Assembly (NCBI GenBank): GCA_964596525.1
Contig: CAZQUL010000001.1
Span: 1,079,723-1,143,722 of the forward strand
DNA: 64,000 nucleotides
From: an uncultured Gammaproteobacteria bacterium
GTDB lineage: Bacteria; Patescibacteriota; Patescibacteriia; Magasanikbacterales; GWA2-37-8
Direction: 5' to 3'
Position 1 is the stretch's first letter; every line of letters starts with the position of its first letter. Of the stretch, positions 60,801 through 64,000 are shown one piece after another. The notes beneath the pieces are model-generated. The model was not told where the DNA came from. It ran no database searches and saw only the letters and a list, made by a program, of their open reading frames with translations. Made by a program: the position numbers and the translations under genes.

Positions 60801-62802
60801 CAGCACCAGTACGCATGTCCTTGACTGTAAAGACGAACTGCTTGAGCGCACTGTCGAACTTAGGTTGAGCCTGAATAACACCCATATTCCAGCGACCGTC
60901 AGATTCATAGACGACATGCTGGCCAAAGGTGTAGGAAAATTCTTCTGACTTGTGCTCGATGGCCGGATAGGGTTCGAGCGCCGCTTCATGGGTAACAACC
61001 GGCAGACGATCAGGCGCATCAACAGACACCTCAAGCGGCTGGCGCTCGCCAGCGATAACAAAAACCAATTTTTTAACACCGCCTTTAACAAAAATACGCG
61101 GCTCTTCTTGAAGCAAACCTTCAACTTCGGCATCCTCGCCCGGCCGTTTGTAGCGCACTGTGTCGCCGGCATGATACGAATGGTTGCGCGGGTCGAAGGT
61201 AAGCTCCAGGAATTGCATGTCAAACTCGGGCATGGTTTCGGTGAAAATCGTTTCTTTCTGACCAACAAGATTGACAGCCAAAATTTCTTTGCCGTCCCTA
61301 ACAACCGACCGTATATCTTTGAGCTCACCTGCTATCCTATCCTTGCCGACCGTGAGAACTACGGTATCGCCGCGGTTTACTTTTATCCGTTCTCCTTTAA
61401 AAAGAGTGGGGTTGGCTGGTGGTTTTTCTGGTGCTGGGCGCTCAACGGAAATATCATCGACTTCGTAGCCTTGGTCGTACTGATTACGATCGGGGTCATT
61501 TGCTTCGTAAGTGCTGTAGGGCTCATCACGAAGTGTTGGAGGTTCGTTTTCGTTTCCTTTGGATTTTTCTTCTAGAAGTGCATTCAATTTATCCCCATCA
61601 ATGAGTGGAGTACGCTCTGAGGGCGACTCAGTGGAAGGCGATGCTGGTACGTTTTCGGAGGCAACCGGCAAGGACCAGTCATCTTCTTTAACCTGAGTTG
61701 ATTGGACAGCCATCTCCGCAACCTCTTCGGGACTCAGGCGCGCTGTGCGGCTGGAGGGAGATTCAGCAGAGGGAGCGGGCTTGACTTCAGTCTCGGCAGA
61801 GGATGGATCGACAGCATTTTCGGAAAAACGTTTTTTCATTACGAAACGCAACGGCTCGAGTCCTTCAAGCCTGGATTTCATTTGTTTAACTTTGGCACCC
61901 AAAACATAGAGGGCGTCTTCGTCATCTTGCGGGTCTTTGTCACGGACACGCTCTGAGCCAGACGCCAAAAGAGTATGGACCCGATCAAACAACGGATCAG
62001 TTCGCTCAATAAAAGCTTGCACTTCTTGCGCGTGACGGGCATACGCTGTACGTGCTGACGAATCCGAATCTTTTTTGAGTCGATCGATCAATTGCCGATA
62101 TTCAGCTTCAAAAGCACCCAAAGATCCGGTGACGCGTTTCAATTCTTGGTCAGCAGCGTCCAAATCAGCTGTTATTTTTTCGGGGGATTCGGTTTTTTCT
62201 TGCCGCGGAGAAGAACTTTCGGGAGCACGTTCGACAGGTTGATCGTCTACAAATACTTCGCTATCAGCACCGGATGAAGCAATTTCCGATACAGCTTCCT
62301 GAGCAACGGTTTTAAGGTCTTCAACGCGAGCGTTCTGCTCGTCTAAAGCTTTTTCGATCGTTGCGAGACGTTCTTTCCACTGTTTAATTTTATCCTTATT
62401 TGAATCAAGAGCAATCACCGCCGGATTCTTTTCCGCTTGGGCAATACGATTTTGAATTTCATTTTTGAGCCGTGAAATGGTTTGCACGAGATTTTCCGCC
62501 AGGTTCATTGCACCCCCACCTTCTTGGCTTAATACATACTTCTTACGTTCTTCTGAAGAGCCCGCAAGTTCACCGGCAAGCACTCCTTTTAGTGCATCCA
62601 AATTTTGCTCTGCCTGCAGCAGAACCCCAACTTTTTTTCCTTCGGCGCTCACAAGCTCTTTTTCAATTTTAGCCATCTCCTGATCATGCTGCGGATTCAC
62701 ATCCATCCGTGCCAGGGCCTCTTTCCAATTTAATCTCTCTTTTCCTTGTTTTTTAGCCATAAACCCGGTGAGTATTAGACAAAAGCTATTCGAGCGTTTC
62801 AA
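57817..62802 (-). CDS. Giant coiled-coil protein (1661 aa) with one predicted TM helix near the C-terminal quarter
   Basis: Uninterrupted 5 kb ORF. Highly charged, heptad-rich. Hydrophobic stretch YSLAGLLLGMGVGVASDGFV. No catalytic motif seen. Confidence 0.55.
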   Translation of the reverse strand: MKRSNSFCLILTGFMAKKQGKERLNWKEALARMDVNPQHDQEMAKIEKELVSAEGKKVGVLLQAEQNLDALKGVLAGELAGSSEERKKYVLSQEGGGAMNLAENLVQTISRLKNEIQNRIAQAEKNPAVIALDSNKDKIKQWKERLATIEKALDEQNARVEDLKTVAQEAVSEIASSGADSEVFVDDQPVERAPESSSPRQEKTESPEKITADLDAADQELKRVTGSLGAFEAEYRQLIDRLKKDSDSSARTAYARHAQEVQAFIERTDPLFDRVHTLLASGSERVRDKDPQDDEDALYVLGAKVKQMKSRLEGLEPLRFVMKKRFSENAVDPSSAETEVKPAPSAESPSSRTARLSPEEVAEMAVQSTQVKEDDWSLPVASENVPASPSTESPSERTPLIDGDKLNALLEEKSKGNENEPPTLRDEPYSTYEANDPDRNQYDQGYEVDDISVERPAPEKPPANPTLFKGERIKVNRGDTVVLTVGKDRIAGELKDIRSVVRDGKEILAVNLVGQKETIFTETMPEFDMQFLELTFDPRNHSYHAGDTVRYKRPGEDAEVEGLLQEEPRIFVKGGVKKLVFVIAGERQPLEVSVDAPDRLPVVTHEAALEPYPAIEHKSEEFSYTFGQHVVYESDGRWNMGVIQAQPKFDSALKQFVFTVKDMRTGAVKRIVSPEPLATFEPLKEKTVHIAGAEFLATQIKVGPDGKVMYHLLDRKTRREIPDVDIDMVRSLQEAEKLRTEMESKIKAIERRISSLGTKKVRELTITFTDFQQKILDVAEVMSGGEGLLGVLETGAIGKMKQDVARLRTELSAALTELEQAVNEHHREFENYTRRHLVDDLTKKLGEAGINRSALNALLGPAASPSQYVPVFRELFTAVRANNPLDPFVLEVETRFARAQESSDVPLAEDEYANIARTVMQEWSKLSPNPEIKLTTPENDGEYDQLVAQYNELRTAMDDFSPEERSHVQRALEEAEKELGTIDPAKDANNKRVALKLLKAGRALGNLRIEISKVDLARRREDRDANVVVELPSVVIQELLRSRPQEFLALLEALYNQPHSAVSEVDGSSVIQENLEVTQKVRDLFKADVPPSPAMAKILRGYGIRDWAAFKKVWDTTYAKQVGMSLYDMVRSDIIRASREELPQAKSVEKFNGTFKPWKPIESMKEVMKPTAAIVTYESSQEKMRRISDLMMKRNLAYDDDGNPSGLSSDAFDRFSSEFAMVLRQINFERVMDTLGSEEEQDRFLKKAGFTEDDVIHHDGHVFLKREGFKKLKEHDEVAVKDLHRTLEHWTDDEAKEVKEQEVKDFIAASQGYLAKLVDTRQNRPAEWFKSGAEAERVSATQEIIKKTKTLLAGDGGEYVKNPVVRKMLEDLVTGAQKVQIEAAYIKQNREQARGVGLFEKALVRAEHASDEAVAKLPPEQKRVAQGFLKNAMLRYSLAGLLLGMGVGVASDGFVKKRAPGRPRAAATALDVTKTFGTGPQSHPEEIGMSVKDLPASAVSSSRETTPPPAPRPESERQPSSERPATPTEAATTDAQRVERGKSPFETKNLGFALATGLKKSLETIHGSGQLFKESVIRQAFESVMGGASESEKRALIRLLTPTADRAEQTKRTAALAELIKRGLGESYAQRDPLSTAEMENPPQAKLDAMHDYLKTLPSTP

Positions 62803-63010
62803 TAAGACCCTTCATCTTATCAATTTTGTGGGAATTTTCAAGGGTCCGGAGTTCGTCTTCGCGGAGTTTGCGCTCCTGCTCGATAAGGCGTTTTTTAGTC
62901 AAAAATTTAAGCCACTGATAATTGAACAACGTCAATAGATGCGAGGAAGCCTCTTCTATGCCACCCGCCGAACCATTGGTATCGGATTTTTCGAGTTCTT
63001 GGTCGGGCAT
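62786..63010 (-). CDS. Small coiled-coil protein (74 aa)
   Basis: Overlaps giant gene start by 17 nt. Confidence 0.3.
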   Translation of the reverse strand: MPDQELEKSDTNGSAGGIEEASSHLLTLFNYQWLKFLTKKRLIEQERKLREDELRTLENSHKIDKMKGLIETLE

Positions 63011-63019
63011 AGTAAGAGA

Positions 63020-63373
63020 TTATGAACCAACCAGGACTCCCACTTCGACGGCGTATTGTTCGAGTGCGGTTTTAAAAATAACCTGAAAATTCGGAACGTG
63101 TGAATGCCAGAAATCCGTCCATTCGTTGGCACCCGCCTCATCCTCGCTCGTAAGGATCATAAAACGTTCCAAACCTTCGGGCGAAAGATGCGGTGCGATA
63201 GCCGAACCCAAACGGATAAGGGCCTGCTCCGTAAAATGCGGCAAAAGACGCTGCTGCTCGTCGGGCGGAAGCGAGGAGAAACCATGCGCAGACAAAATAG
63301 ACTTCACCACCTCTTCAAGTGAAGAGGAGGAAGGCGTTTCCTGTTCAGCGGACGCGAGTAATTGATCGGACAT
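63020..63373 (-). CDS. Hypothetical protein (~117 aa from MSDQLL)
   Basis: ORF 63020..63409; internal start preferred. Confidence 0.35.
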   Translation of the reverse strand: MSDQLLASAEQETPSSSSLEEVVKSILSAHGFSSLPPDEQQRLLPHFTEQALIRLGSAIAPHLSPEGLERFMILTSEDEAGANEWTDFWHSHVPNFQVIFKTALEQYAVEVGVLVGS

Positions 63374-63392
63374 ACGTAAAAAAACCACCGCC

Positions 63393-63974
63393 CTACCCGT
63401 GATGGGCACCGTGGCGGCGGTAACTTAAAAACCACAAACTGGACAGAATAATGCCTACCCAGAAACCGACCAGGCCGTTGAGGACATAATTGGGCCGAGC
63501 GGGAAACGGTGAAGAAAGCGGTGCATCAACCTGTTTAAAGATGACATCACCACCAACGTATTCCCACCCGCGCTCAACAATGGTTTTAGTAACCGCATCA
63601 GCCAAAGCCACGGCTTTTTCTTCGGTCTCTGCATACACTTTTACCGAGAGGATACTGGCACCGATACGAACGCTGCCCACCACATCACGCGCCCATTCTT
63701 TGCGCCGCTCGCGTTCTTTAAGAGTGCGCCAGTGCGTAACATCGAGCCCCCCTGGATTATTCTCTAAGACTTTTTCGTAAAAATCCGATGTGCCCATGAG
63801 TTGCGCCATGCTCTCCCCGATGCGCTCAGCGGATTTAGCCTGGGTGTAAGGGTCAACGCCGGCCTGCGAGCGCGCAACAAGGAGAATGCTCGTCTCAGCA
63901 CTATATTTTCGTTCCATGAGAAGGCTTATGCCCAAAAACAATGCCAAACCCAAAAGCCCCCAAATGACTATCAA
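63393..63974 (-). CDS. Wzz/YveK-like polysaccharide chain-length-determinant-family membrane protein
   Basis: N-terminal TM, soluble region, C-terminal TM ...GLVGFWVGIILSSLWFLSY. Confidence 0.45.
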   Translation of the reverse strand: MIVIWGLLGLALFLGISLLMERKYSAETSILLVARSQAGVDPYTQAKSAERIGESMAQLMGTSDFYEKVLENNPGGLDVTHWRTLKERERRKEWARDVVGSVRIGASILSVKVYAETEEKAVALADAVTKTIVERGWEYVGGDVIFKQVDAPLSSPFPARPNYVLNGLVGFWVGIILSSLWFLSYRRHGAHHG

Positions 63975-64000
63975 ACGTAGCCGATAACTGAGGGTGTGCA

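Noticed and set aside
1-64000. CRISPR arrays, rRNA genes, integrases/transposases
   Set aside because: No short regularly spaced repeats. No rRNA-like conserved stretches. No DDE or tyrosine-recombinase motifs found in any frame I inspected. Only one tRNA (Ser-GGA) was identified by manual folding.

Overview
This 64 kb window looks like a compact, mostly minus-strand bacterial chromosome segment of roughly mid-50s % GC by eye. The gene content and the many small hypothetical proteins suggest a small-genome, CPR/Patescibacteria-like organism. That lineage call is inference only. Recognisable housekeeping genes are the dnaG-rpoD operon, gatC-gatA, gltX, murG, gpsA, lgt, mscL, a Kef-type antiporter, tsaE, rarA, cardiolipin synthase, malic enzyme, one tRNA-Ser(GGA) and several Rho-independent terminators. 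I see no rRNA, no CRISPR array, and no transposase or integrase. Several compositionally anomalous or repetitive pieces are embedded in this backbone. (1) A nested-palindrome, MITE-like repeat family has four full intergenic copies and one fragment abutting the tRNA. (2) A ~2.5 kb low-GC islet of four small genes, two of them paralogous, is flanked by an operator-like palindrome and by two perfect ~93-bp direct repeats bracketing an extremely AT-rich spacer. This is my top candidate for an undescribed defence or abortive-infection-type module. (3) A ~2.6 kb ~70 % GC island encodes two Myxococcota-like secreted proteins. (4) Tandem paralog pairs, a tandem LOG-LOG fusion, a 1661-aa giant coiled-coil protein and a 1547-aa DEAH helicase are also present. 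Functional calls rest on motif recognition in the supplied translations; no database search was possible.
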